In this document: positions 10,468-19,039 of the stretch, piece after piece
Numbering within the stretch: the stretch's first letter is position 1
Layout of the letters: every line of letters starts with the position of its first letter
Assembly (NCBI GenBank): GCA_965208575.1
Contig: CBDBOV010000001.1
Coordinates: 192,001 to 256,000, forward strand
Length of the DNA stretch: 64,000 nt
Reading direction: 5' to 3'
Origin: Spirochaetia bacterium
GTDB taxonomy: Bacteria > Spirochaetota > Spirochaetia > SZUA-6 > Bin103
Position numbers and translations under genes: made by a program
Notes under the pieces: generated by a model
Database searches by the model: none
What the model was told of the DNA's origin: nothing
Seen by the model: only the letters and a program-made list of their open reading frames with translations

Positions 10468-10930
10468 TACCTGCCACTTCACTGGCGCGTTGGCCGCGAT
10501 GCTGATCCCGTCGGCGTCGGTGGTGCCGTCGGCAGCCGCCTTGATGCTGCCACCGTTCAGGCGGATCGCATTGGCGGCGACGCTGATGCCGTCGGAGTCG
10601 CTGTCCGCCGCCACCATGGTGTACTTGAGAACAGGGAACTGGTGCTGGACCGAAAGTGGACAGCGGGGCTCGTGATCCCGACGGAACGCGTGGTGCCGCC
10701 CACCGTGAGGTTGACCTGCGGAGTCCCGGTGATCGAGACCAGCCGGTCGAAGTCCACCCTGATCTCGATCGGATCGCCGCCCTGATAGGTGTCGCCGCTC
10801 GCCGGCGCGCTGAACATGCTCACCCTGCTCACCGCCGGCACGTCAGTGTCCTGCGCCGCGACCTCGCCTACCGACAGCCTTACCGACGACCACGGACGTC
10901 ACCAAGCCCGCCATGGGCGCGGCACGGCCA
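10468..10930 (-). pseudogene. Truncated, frameshifted fragment of a paralog of the Ig-repeat autotransporter (about one repeat)
   Basis: PAVSRVSMFSAPASGDTYQGGDPIEIRVDFDRLVSITGTPQVNLTVG then, in another frame, YTMVAADSDSDGISVAANAIRLNGGSIKAADGTTDA, nearly identical to the repeat at 120-230. Confidence 0.8.
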
Positions 10931-11210
10931 ACAATGTCCCGAGCGACAGCCGCCACGCCGTTCGTGATGTAATATAGATGTTCCCTCAAGACTGACCCGT
11001 GGAAGATGCCCGCGCCCAGGAGGACGGTTTGCACACGCACCATAGCGCAGTCTCCACAGTTTGTCCACTATCAGGACGGCGCGGATCGCGCAGGCGCGGG
11101 AGGCGGAGGGACCGCTGCTTGCGAAACGTGACAAGATTCCCTGTTCTGGTTCGCCGCCGGTCCGTTTGGCTGTTTCACCTGCATGCGAAGGGCCCATGCC
11201 TGGGCGCACC

Positions 11211-11241
11211 AAAGAAAAGCCGCCGAGGGGGTGTCTCCCCC
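11211..11241 (-). terminator. Intrinsic terminator of collagen-like lipoprotein 1
   Basis: Minus strand gagccgccgggggg-aca-cccctcggcggc followed by ttttcttt. Confidence 0.8.
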
Positions 11242-11289
11242 CGGCGGCTCCGAAAGAGTATCTACTCTCGGGTGTCCGGTGCGAAATCT

Positions 11290-12591
11290 CTAGCTGCCGA
11301 CCTTCGTTACGTTGACTGTGAACTCAAGCTCAGCCGTTTGGCCCAGAGCACCGGGCTCCGTTGCCGTCAACTTGATGGTAGTACTTTGGCCGGCAGTAAC
11401 TCCGGTCACTGTGACAGGTACGCTGCTGACGTCTGTCGGTATAGTTGCGACGGCCGCGTTTGTTGGCGCAGCTGCTACAGTAACATCGGCGCCTAGGTCA
11501 TCCATAAAGAACGCTACGGCGCCATTGGTCTTGAGTGTATAGGTGTTATCTACGTTATACGTAGCTCCCATGATGCTCTTCCCGAGGTCGCTCAGGGACG
11601 GAGCGGTGTCCACGCTAACCATTACGGCCGCCTTCGTTTCGAGGCCCTTGGTATCACGCGCCATCAGGTTCACCCGAACGGGGATATGTGCAGAGGTAGC
11701 GGTGTCATATGTGGAACGCATTCCAGACAGGGTGACTCCCTTGTCGGACGCTACGGCCGTTACCTTCATACTGTCCGCTTTTCCACCCACGGTCATTCCC
11801 GTTACGGTTACCGTAAGCTTGTCATCGTCTTGGAACACGTCGAGCATGCACTCGTTGATCTTCGCGCACTCGGCATGAACCCCGGTGACGGCGGTCAGAG
11901 CAGTCCCACGATCAGCAGCTTGGGAACCAAGAAGGAGCGGAGTAGTAACGGATTCGTCCACGACGGTGTCGGTGTTCGCATCAGTTCCTTTGAGTTGAGG
12001 CGCCCGATTGAGCCCGATGACCACCATAGCGGTTGCCGGGACACTGTTGGCGTCCATCGCCTTGACCATGATTCTGTAGCCTTCGGTATACGACTCGGCT
12101 GCGAACAGATTAGTGTCTACCCCGGATGCTGGAGCAGTGAGCTTGAAGGAAAGTTGGCCACTAGACATGTCAACGGCTTCCTCTGTCACCTCTTCAGCTA
12201 CGGCGGCGGCTGCATTGTTGTCGTGGAATTCACCATCGCCGGCAAGTTCATACGTGTAGGGTTCTGCGCCACCGATGAAGTAGGAGGCCATGTTGATCGT
12301 GAGCGCGTCCGAGGTTCCATCGGCTGCCAAGGCCACTCCGTCGCTCATGAGCTCCTCATCGTTAAAAAGAACCATGGCTTCCAATCCCTGGAACGCGGCG
12401 GTACCCGGCGCTCCGGGCGCTCCGGTCTCTCCGGTCTGACCCGTCTCTCCGGTGGCACCCGGCGCTCCGGTGTCGCCCTTCTCGCCCTTGGGGCCTACGG
12501 CGCCTGCGCAGGCGCCGAACAGGACCGCCACGGAAACGATTATCGAAATGAACGCCGCGAATTTCATCGGGCGTGCAACCCTCTGTGTCAT
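11290..12591 (-). CDS. Collagen-like (Gly-X-Y) lipoprotein 1 with beta-rich Ig-like C-terminal region
   Basis: Signal MTQRVARPMKFAAFISIIVSVAVLFGAC; GPKGEKGDTGAPGATGETGQTGETGAPGAPG; visibly lower GC than the flanks. Confidence 0.88.
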   Translation of the reverse strand: MTQRVARPMKFAAFISIIVSVAVLFGACAGAVGPKGEKGDTGAPGATGETGQTGETGAPGAPGTAAFQGLEAMVLFNDEELMSDGVALAADGTSDALTINMASYFIGGAEPYTYELAGDGEFHDNNAAAAVAEEVTEEAVDMSSGQLSFKLTAPASGVDTNLFAAESYTEGYRIMVKAMDANSVPATAMVVIGLNRAPQLKGTDANTDTVVDESVTTPLLLGSQAADRGTALTAVTGVHAECAKINECMLDVFQDDDKLTVTVTGMTVGGKADSMKVTAVASDKGVTLSGMRSTYDTATSAHIPVRVNLMARDTKGLETKAAVMVSVDTAPSLSDLGKSIMGATYNVDNTYTLKTNGAVAFFMDDLGADVTVAAAPTNAAVATIPTDVSSVPVTVTGVTAGQSTTIKLTATEPGALGQTAELEFTVNVTKVGS

Positions 12592-12768
12592 CGAAAAAAT
12601 CGGGCCTTGGTCGACTTCATTCGATGTGTCTGCGCGACGAGATTACAGTTCTATTCGTGGCGTTCCCGTGTACACGACGGGCGCGAACAATCCCCAATCG
12701 CCACCCTGCCGACCCGGTGTTGAGCCTCGTGTTGATAGAAGCGTGTCCTATTGGTACGGTCAGTCAAC

Positions 12769-14079
12769 ATGGAATCGACCACCGGGAAGCGCACGGCGCG
12801 GCTCAGGCTGACGCTGAACAAGCGGAACGTGGATGCGCTGGAGCCGTCCGACAAGCCGTTCATCGCGTGGGACGACAAGCTCATCGGGTTCGGCGTTCGC
12901 GTCCAGCCCTCGGGGCTCAAGTCGTTTCTCCTCAACTACCGCGCCGGCGGCGGCGGACGCAAGGCGCCCAACAAGCGCGTGGTCATCGGGCGCTTCGGCC
13001 CGGTGACGCCGGACCAGGCACGCCGTATCGCCCACCAGATGCTCGGCAAGGTGGCCGACGGCCAGGATCCGGCGGACAAGCGTGCGCGGGCACGGAGCAT
13101 GCCGACGCTGCAAGAGGCGTTCCAGGATTACCTGAGTGCCAAGTCCTTCCGTTCGGCGAAGACCGGTCGCACCTACCGTAGCGCCATCGAACGCCATCTT
13201 GCCGACTGGATGTCGCGCCCGCTGAACGCCATCGAGCGCCGCGAGGTGGAGGCGCGCTTCATCCTGCTCAGCAGCAAGCACGGCTGGGCGATCGGCAACC
13301 AGGTGATCTCGCTCCTGCGCTCCGTCTACCGGCGGGCCTGCGTCGACCACGAGGGGCTGCGCAACCCGGTCGACCTGTGGCTGGCGGCGGGCGGGCGGTT
13401 CAACCCGATCGTGCGGCGGGTGATCTCGTCACCGGCGGAAGCGCTGCCGTACTGGCAGCGCGGCATCGAGGCGGTGGTGAAGGACCCGGCGATCCGCTCG
13501 ATCTTCTGGGTTGCGATGTACTCCGGGATGCGGCGGGGCGAGATATTGACGTTGCGCTGGGAGCGCGTGGACTTGGCGCGCGGGGTCGTGCACGTTCCGC
13601 ACACCAAGACCGGTACCCCGCTCGAACTGCCGATCACCCGGCAGCTTGCGTCGATCCTCGAATGGCGGCGGAGCGAAACCGGCGGGGACGACTGGGTGTT
13701 CCCCTCGCCGGCGAGCAGGTCGGGCCACGTCGCGGTGCTCACCCACCTCTATGCCGCCATCTCACGCGCGGGCGGCAGGAAGTTCTGGTTCCACGGCTTC
13801 CGCAACTGCCTGATCACGATCGCCGACCGCGAGCTGACGCTGCCCCGCTCGCTGACCAAGCGGCTGGTCAACCACGCCCGCCCCACCGACGTGACCGAGG
13901 GCTACGCGGCCGACTGGACCATCGGCCAGCTCCGCGGCCCGGCCCAACTCATCGCCGACCGCATAGACGAGATCCTGGAGGCCGGTCCTGAGTGCGAGCA
14001 GGACGAGCATCGAATGGCACAGCCCGCCCCGGCGATCACGACCCGTCCGCGGCAACGTGAGTCGGCGCACCCGGTGTGA
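12769..14079 (+). CDS. Tyrosine recombinase/integrase with Arm-DNA-binding (DUF4102-like) N-terminus
   Basis: N-terminal WDDKLIGFGVRV.PSG.KSF..NYR...IGRFG.VT.DQAR. Catalytic R (GMRRGE), K (HTKTG), HGFR, LVNH, TEGY. Confidence 0.93.
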   Translation: MESTTGKRTARLRLTLNKRNVDALEPSDKPFIAWDDKLIGFGVRVQPSGLKSFLLNYRAGGGGRKAPNKRVVIGRFGPVTPDQARRIAHQMLGKVADGQDPADKRARARSMPTLQEAFQDYLSAKSFRSAKTGRTYRSAIERHLADWMSRPLNAIERREVEARFILLSSKHGWAIGNQVISLLRSVYRRACVDHEGLRNPVDLWLAAGGRFNPIVRRVISSPAEALPYWQRGIEAVVKDPAIRSIFWVAMYSGMRRGEILTLRWERVDLARGVVHVPHTKTGTPLELPITRQLASILEWRRSETGGDDWVFPSPASRSGHVAVLTHLYAAISRAGGRKFWFHGFRNCLITIADRELTLPRSLTKRLVNHARPTDVTEGYAADWTIGQLRGPAQLIADRIDEILEAGPECEQDEHRMAQPAPAITTRPRQRESAHPV

Positions 14080-14320
14080 CCAACTTGTGCCGGCGGGATG
14101 CCGATTGGGGCGTCAGGGTATCCGGCGCCCCCACGCCGTGGCGAGCGCGTTGCCCGCATCAACGGCTGGTTGACCGGCCCCGGGTGCCGCCTGAGCCCAC
14201 TGTCCACAGTCTTGGGTCGCGCCCCACCCCATGACAGCCCAAGACAGAGGCGATGGTGTGCAACGCTGCAGGCGGCGGTACACTCTGTGCAATTGCGGGC
14301 GACCGCCGGGAGGACAGACA

Positions 14321-14704
14321 ATGGCCGGAACAACTGATCGCGGTCCGACCAGAATTACGGGCGGGCTCGCTCAGGACGAGGCCGACGAAGTAATCGAGCA
14401 GGTCACGTCGATCGCCCGAAGGCTACTGGACGGCCACTACGGTGAGGCGTTCGCCAAGGAGATCGCAGTTCGCCGAGAGGAGTCGTTGGCTGATGACGAA
14501 CACGACACCTTCCTGGACATCACGATAGCGTTCGACGCTGAGGATCCAGAGGAGTGTGACCCTGGATGGTTGGCCACCTCTCTGACCGAACCACGGGCAT
14601 CACTTCTGGAGGCTGGGATCGAGGAATTCCCCATCCCGTCGTACCTGTTCGAATCCAATCTGGAGCAGATTAGAGAGACCATTGGATCCGTTCAAGCTCG
14701 TTGA
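14321..14704 (+). CDS. Small acidic hypothetical protein, paralog of the ORF at 63717
   Basis: GGAGG RBS; LDGHY..ITIAFD..GWL..LLEAGIEEFPIPSY motifs shared with 63717-64000. Confidence 0.75.
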   Translation: MAGTTDRGPTRITGGLAQDEADEVIEQVTSIARRLLDGHYGEAFAKEIAVRREESLADDEHDTFLDITIAFDAEDPEECDPGWLATSLTEPRASLLEAGIEEFPIPSYLFESNLEQIRETIGSVQAR

Positions 14705-14709
14705 CGCTG

Positions 14710-15329
14710 CGAGGCGGTAGTGAAGGACCCGGCGATCCGCTCGATTTTCTGGGTTGCGATGTACTCCGGGGTGCGGCGGAGAGATATTGACGCTGCGCTG
14801 GGAGCGCGTGGACCTGGCGCGCGGGGCCGTGCACGTTCCGCACACCAAGACCGGTACGCCACTCGAACTGCCGATCACCCGGCAGCTTGCGGCGATCCTC
14901 GACGGGCGGGGAAGCGAAACCGGCGGGGGACGACTCGGTGTTCCCGGTCCCCGGCGAGCCGGTCGGGCCATGTCGCGGTGCTCACCCACCTCTTATTCGC
15001 CCATCTCACGCGCCGGCGGAAGGAAGTTCTGGTTCCACGTTCCGCAACTGCCTGATCACGATCGCCGACCGCGAGCTGACGCTGCCGCGGTCGCTGACCA
15101 AGCGGCTGTTCAACCCACGCCCGGCCCACCGACGTGACCGAGGGCTACGGCGGCCGACTGGACCACCAGGCCACCTCCACGGGCCCGCACAACTCATCGC
15201 CGACCGCGAAGACGCCATCCTGGAGGCCGGTCCTGAGTGCAAGCAGGAGACGAGCATCGAATGGCACAGCCCCTCCCCCCGGCGATCACGACCCGTCGGC
15301 GGCAACGTGAGTCGGTGCATCCGGTGCGA
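14710..15329 (+). pseudogene. Degenerate duplicate of the 3' half of the integrase (copy of ~13468-14079)
   Basis: High nucleotide identity (gaggcggt.gtgaaggacccggcgatccgctcg ... gagtcgg.gca.ccggtg.ga) with many indels. Confidence 0.92.
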
Positions 15330-15359
15330 GCGCATTGCGGCATTCGCGATGATGAACCC

Positions 15360-15594
15360 GTGAGTGTTGAGGCAATCGCCACAATCGCCGTCGGCATGGC
15401 CCTGCGAGCCGTACTGGTGCCGGTGTTGCTCCCACAGAGCCCCCGCCTGTAAAGACGCATAAGACGCCGTCGCCGCCACTCTTACGCCCATCCGTACCGA
15501 ACTTGCCCGCCGCCTTGGCGTAGGCGGCCGCGGCCTCCGAGCCCTGGCCGACCGCGCTGCCCGCACCGAGGGCGCGTTGACCGGCCTCTACTAG
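15360..15594 (+). pseudogene. Degenerate small N-anchored coiled-coil protein (family of 32156-32449)
   Basis: VSVEAIATIAVGMALRAVLVPVLLPQSPRL*RRIDAV...ALADRAARTEGALTG resembles AVLVPVIRAQGAILRREIDT...ALAERVARIEGAM. Contains 28-bp repeat copy 2 at its start. Confidence 0.65.
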
Positions 15595-15701
15595 CACTAG
15601 CTGTAGCACACCTGATCGTTTCCCCCTGTCGGGCCGGTAGAGGACTGGCAGCCTTCGGCGGCCGCTTCACCTCCAAGTGAAAGCCCATGCCGGGTGCACC
15701 G

Positions 15702-15737
15702 AAAAAAGAGCCGCCAAGCAGATGCTCGGCGGCTCTC
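15702..15737 (-). terminator. Intrinsic terminator of collagen-like lipoprotein 2
   Basis: Minus strand gagagccgccgagc-atct-gcttggcggctc followed by tttttt. Confidence 0.85.
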
Positions 15738-15762
15738 GTAATCCGGCTATGCGGACGGACGT

Positions 15763-17068
15763 CTACTTGATGGTCACGGAAACCTCGATCTTGGCACTCT
15801 GCCCAAGACCGTCTGTGTCGGTATTGTTCACCTCACCAGTCGTTCCGGTGATGGTAAAAACCGCGTTACCCCTGGACACAGGAGTCACAGCGCCGGTGGA
15901 GGGATCAATCGTAACCACCGCCTCGTTCGACGAATCGAAAGCGGCAACGGCGGCTATTCCTTCCGGATCCTTGAACAGCAATACAGCCCCGGCTTGGGTG
16001 ATCAGGGTATTCCCAGTTGTACCAAGCTCGTACTCCACAGACCTGGCAAAACCAGGAGCGTTTTCGCTCAGGGCGGGAGGAGCGTCCACTGTCACCGTGA
16101 AGGTGTAAGTATCGCTCGCCAATCCCTCGTTGTCGGTGGCCTTGACCCTTACCTCGACAGGATCGTGTGCTCCGTTGGCTCCTTCATCAGGGTCCCATGT
16201 AGACACTAGTCCCGTCAGAACGAGCTTGCCTTTGTCGTTCGCCCACGAGTACTTGCCGCTCGTGCCGGACGTCACCATAACGACAAAATCATTTTCTCCG
16301 TCGTCCTCGAAGAGGGTCAACTCGCACATGTTGAACATGGCACAAGAGGCTGCACCATCGACGCGAGGGTCATCCTCGTCATTCGTAGTATCGATGTCGG
16401 TGTCCCCGGACATCGTACCGAGAACATATGCCTCATTTGGGGACGCAAGTACACCGTCGCTAGCGGTAACACCAGTCACCAAGCGCGGAGCGCGGTTTGG
16501 CCTGATCGTGATCGATGAGTCTGCCGACTCCTTGTTGGCATCGGTTGCTGACAACGCGATGGTATACCCGGTCGTCCAATCGACGGCATCGGCATAATCA
16601 GTTGCGAGGGCCGACCTGAGCTTCAGCTTCAGCTTATTGGTGTCTTCGTCGATTTCTGCGATTGCAAGGATATCGGCCGCCTCACCGACCGAGGTTATTG
16701 GGGTTGAACCATCGGAGTCGGTGATGGTCCCCACCTTGAATTCATATGGAGCCATTCCCCCGTGGAAGTAAACCCTCAGCAACAAGATCGACCAAGAACT
16801 CCGTGGTCTCGTCCATGTCGTCCCCGGAGTTGAGGTTGTCAAGCAGCACGGCGCCAGCGCGGCCGGTCAACGGCAGTGGTGCTGGTTCCCCGGGTACCCC
16901 GGGTTCGCCGGGCGTACCAGGTGTACCAGGAGCACCAGGATCTCCCTTGTCGCCCTTGTCACCCTGGGGGCCGACGGCGCCTTGGCAGGCTACGAACATG
17001 ACCGCCACGGATATGATTATCGATATGAACGCCGCGAATTTCATCGGGCGTGCAACCCTCTGTGTCAT
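15763..17068 (-). CDS. Collagen-like lipoprotein 2 (paralog of 11290-12591), one +1 frameshift at ~16770
   Basis: ORFs 16742-17068 and 15763-16842 join as ...VDLVAEG-YFHGGMAPYEF if one base of the A-run at 16770-16772 is removed; the paralog reads MASYFIGGAEPY. AGGAGG RBS. Confidence 0.85.
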
Positions 17069-17329
17069 AAAGACCTCCTGCCCGCTCGCGTTACCTCACG
17101 GCGGTACGTGTTATGAGATGAATGATTCGAGCCCTGCGCCCTCATCAGCAAAGGAAGAATCGCCAGCGGGCCTTGACGATCAGGGCTCTCAGAAGCCCAG
17201 AAACCACCCGGTGGATTCTCCAATGATCGGTTTCCCGACCATCAAACCTTACTTCTGTAGCCCTCCCTTTTGCCGACTCCAACAGGCGCTGGTGCCGTTC
17301 TCACGAGACAATACCCTCCCGCGGGACAT

Positions 17330-17359
17330 ACAATGGACCGACTGGCAAACCACTGTCAA
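17330..17359 (-). promoter_or_regulatory. Putative promoter for lipoprotein 2 (TTGACA -35) with a ~260-nt leader
   Basis: TTGACA at 17359-17354 on the minus strand, AT-rich upstream tract, weak -10. Confidence 0.45.
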
Positions 17360-17989
17360 GCGGTAATTTTGCACAATCCGAGCGCTTCCGGCACGGTAGC
17401 CGCCCCTCCCAGGGTCCCGTACGGCGCATCGGGCAATGCCTTGCACGGAGTAAACATGAGGGTTCCGCGCGGGTTTGTCAACCACTCGTTTCAGGAGGGC
17501 CGGAGGTGGGGGCGGGCAGCGCCGGCTGGGAGGCGCCGGGCGGGCCGGGGGACCGCGGTGGACGGGGATTGCGGGGCGACACGGCGGTCCGCGGAGGGCT
17601 TGCGCGGAGGCGTGGAGCGAATTGCCGGCAGGTGGCAGCCGGCGCCGGTGCTCGAAGCACCCGCGGGCCCCGGCGGACGCGTGATCAGGTCGGCGCGGCG
17701 CAGCGGGCCGGTTCGGGGCCGGGGAACACGATTCGCGGCGCCGGCAGCCGCATACACCTTATACAATGCGTGCAATGCGGCGCGGATCGAGCGGCGCCGC
17801 CTCACCGCCGGTCGACGCAGCGACCACCTGGCCGCGCCGCCACACCTCTCGGCGCCGCAGCGCTCAGCCTCCGCATCCCGCTTCGGCCGCAACCGTCCGC
17901 CGGTCGCCGTCCCGCGCTACGCACGACCAAGTTCGGCTCCGGACTTGCGCTCCGCCGGCGAAGTGGCCGACACAGACGACGACGCGCCG

Positions 17990-18290
17990 CGGCGCGCGCT
18001 CAACCGGCCTGCTGTACGCGGTGCAGCGCAAGGCCGATGACGCGCCGGCATGGCTGTACGTGTTGCTGTGCTGGAGCACCAGTCGACGCCGGACCCCCGG
18101 TTGCGGCTGCGGCTGCTGAAGTACCGCATCAGGATCTGGGCACGGGATCGGAAGCAGCGTCCCGATGAGCAGCACCTGCGCCCGATAGTGCCGTTGGTGT
18201 TGTACCAGAGACGGCACGGGTGGAGCGCGGCGACGGAGTTCTCGGAACGGTTCGCGGCGGCCGTCCGAGCGTGGCGGGGAGTCACGTGCG
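17990..18290 (+). pseudogene. Rpn family recombination-promoting nuclease / putative transposase remnant
   Basis: LLYAVQ..AWLYVLL / LEHQSTPDPRLRLRLLKY..RIW..RPIVPLVLYQ...W motifs; frameshifted and truncated. Confidence 0.75.
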
Positions 18291-18391
18291 CGGTTTTGTG
18301 CTATGCTGTCGGGAGTGGAACCCACGACTCGCAGTCAGTCCCACGGGCGGGCCCCTCGCCGTGGACAGGATCCTGTGCCGGAGTTCGGTTC

Positions 18392-18868
18392 ATGACGGTG
18401 TCCGCCGAGTTGCTTGGCGTCATGATAGCCCTGCTTGCGGTGGGAGCCGCGGTGGCCGGGCTCGCGCTCGCGGGGATTCGCGCAATGCGCGCGGAGATGC
18501 GTGACCAACGCGCGGAGTTTCTGGGGCGTCTGGACGCCATGAGGCAGGACTTCAACGGGCAGCTTCAGGCTCTGGAGCAGAAGATCGACGGGAAGCTGGA
18601 CGCTCTGGAGCAGAAGATCGACGCGAAGCTGGACGCTCTGGAGCAGAAGATCGACGGGAAGCTGGACGCTCTGCAGCAGAAGAACGACGCGAAGCTGGAC
18701 GCTCTGCAGCAGAAGAACGACGCGAAGCTGGACGCTCTGGAGCAGAAGATCGATGCCCGATTCCAGGCGTTGGACATGCGGATGCGGGCGGTGGAACATG
18801 GACAGGCGAAGCTGGAGGGCCTGCTCGAAGGGCTGCGGGAAGCCATAGTGGCGCGCGGAGCAGCGTAG
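18392..18868 (+). CDS. Small N-anchored coiled-coil protein with hendecad repeats (CCDC90/DUF1640-like)
   Basis: Hydrophobic N-terminus MTVSAELLGVMIALLAVGAAVAGLALAG; 6x ALEQKIDGKLD; C-terminal AKLEGLLEG. Confidence 0.85.
   Translation: MTVSAELLGVMIALLAVGAAVAGLALAGIRAMRAEMRDQRAEFLGRLDAMRQDFNGQLQALEQKIDGKLDALEQKIDAKLDALEQKIDGKLDALQQKNDAKLDALQQKNDAKLDALEQKIDARFQALDMRMRAVEHGQAKLEGLLEGLREAIVARGAA
18569..18766 (+). repeat. 33-bp coding tandem repeat, about 6 copies
   Basis: gctctg(g/c)agcagaaga(t/a)cgacg(g/c)gaagctggac at 18569, 18602, 18635, 18668, 18701, 18734. Confidence 0.95.
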
Positions 18869-19039
18869 CGGTCTGGACTGTCGCGGACCTCCGCCGCGCT
18901 TCCTCCGGTTTGGTCGGATGGCGGAGCGCGTTACGTGATGTCCATGGCTTCGACGGCGCGGGCGATGGCAAAGAAGTCCGGCAGCGTCGACTGCCAGAGC
19001 ACCGGTACGGTCAGCACCAGGCCGGGCAGCAGCTCTGGG

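Noticed and set aside
18569-18766. 33-bp repeats as a CRISPR array
   Set aside because: The repeats are contiguous with no spacers, are in frame in a coiled-coil gene, and have no cas genes nearby.
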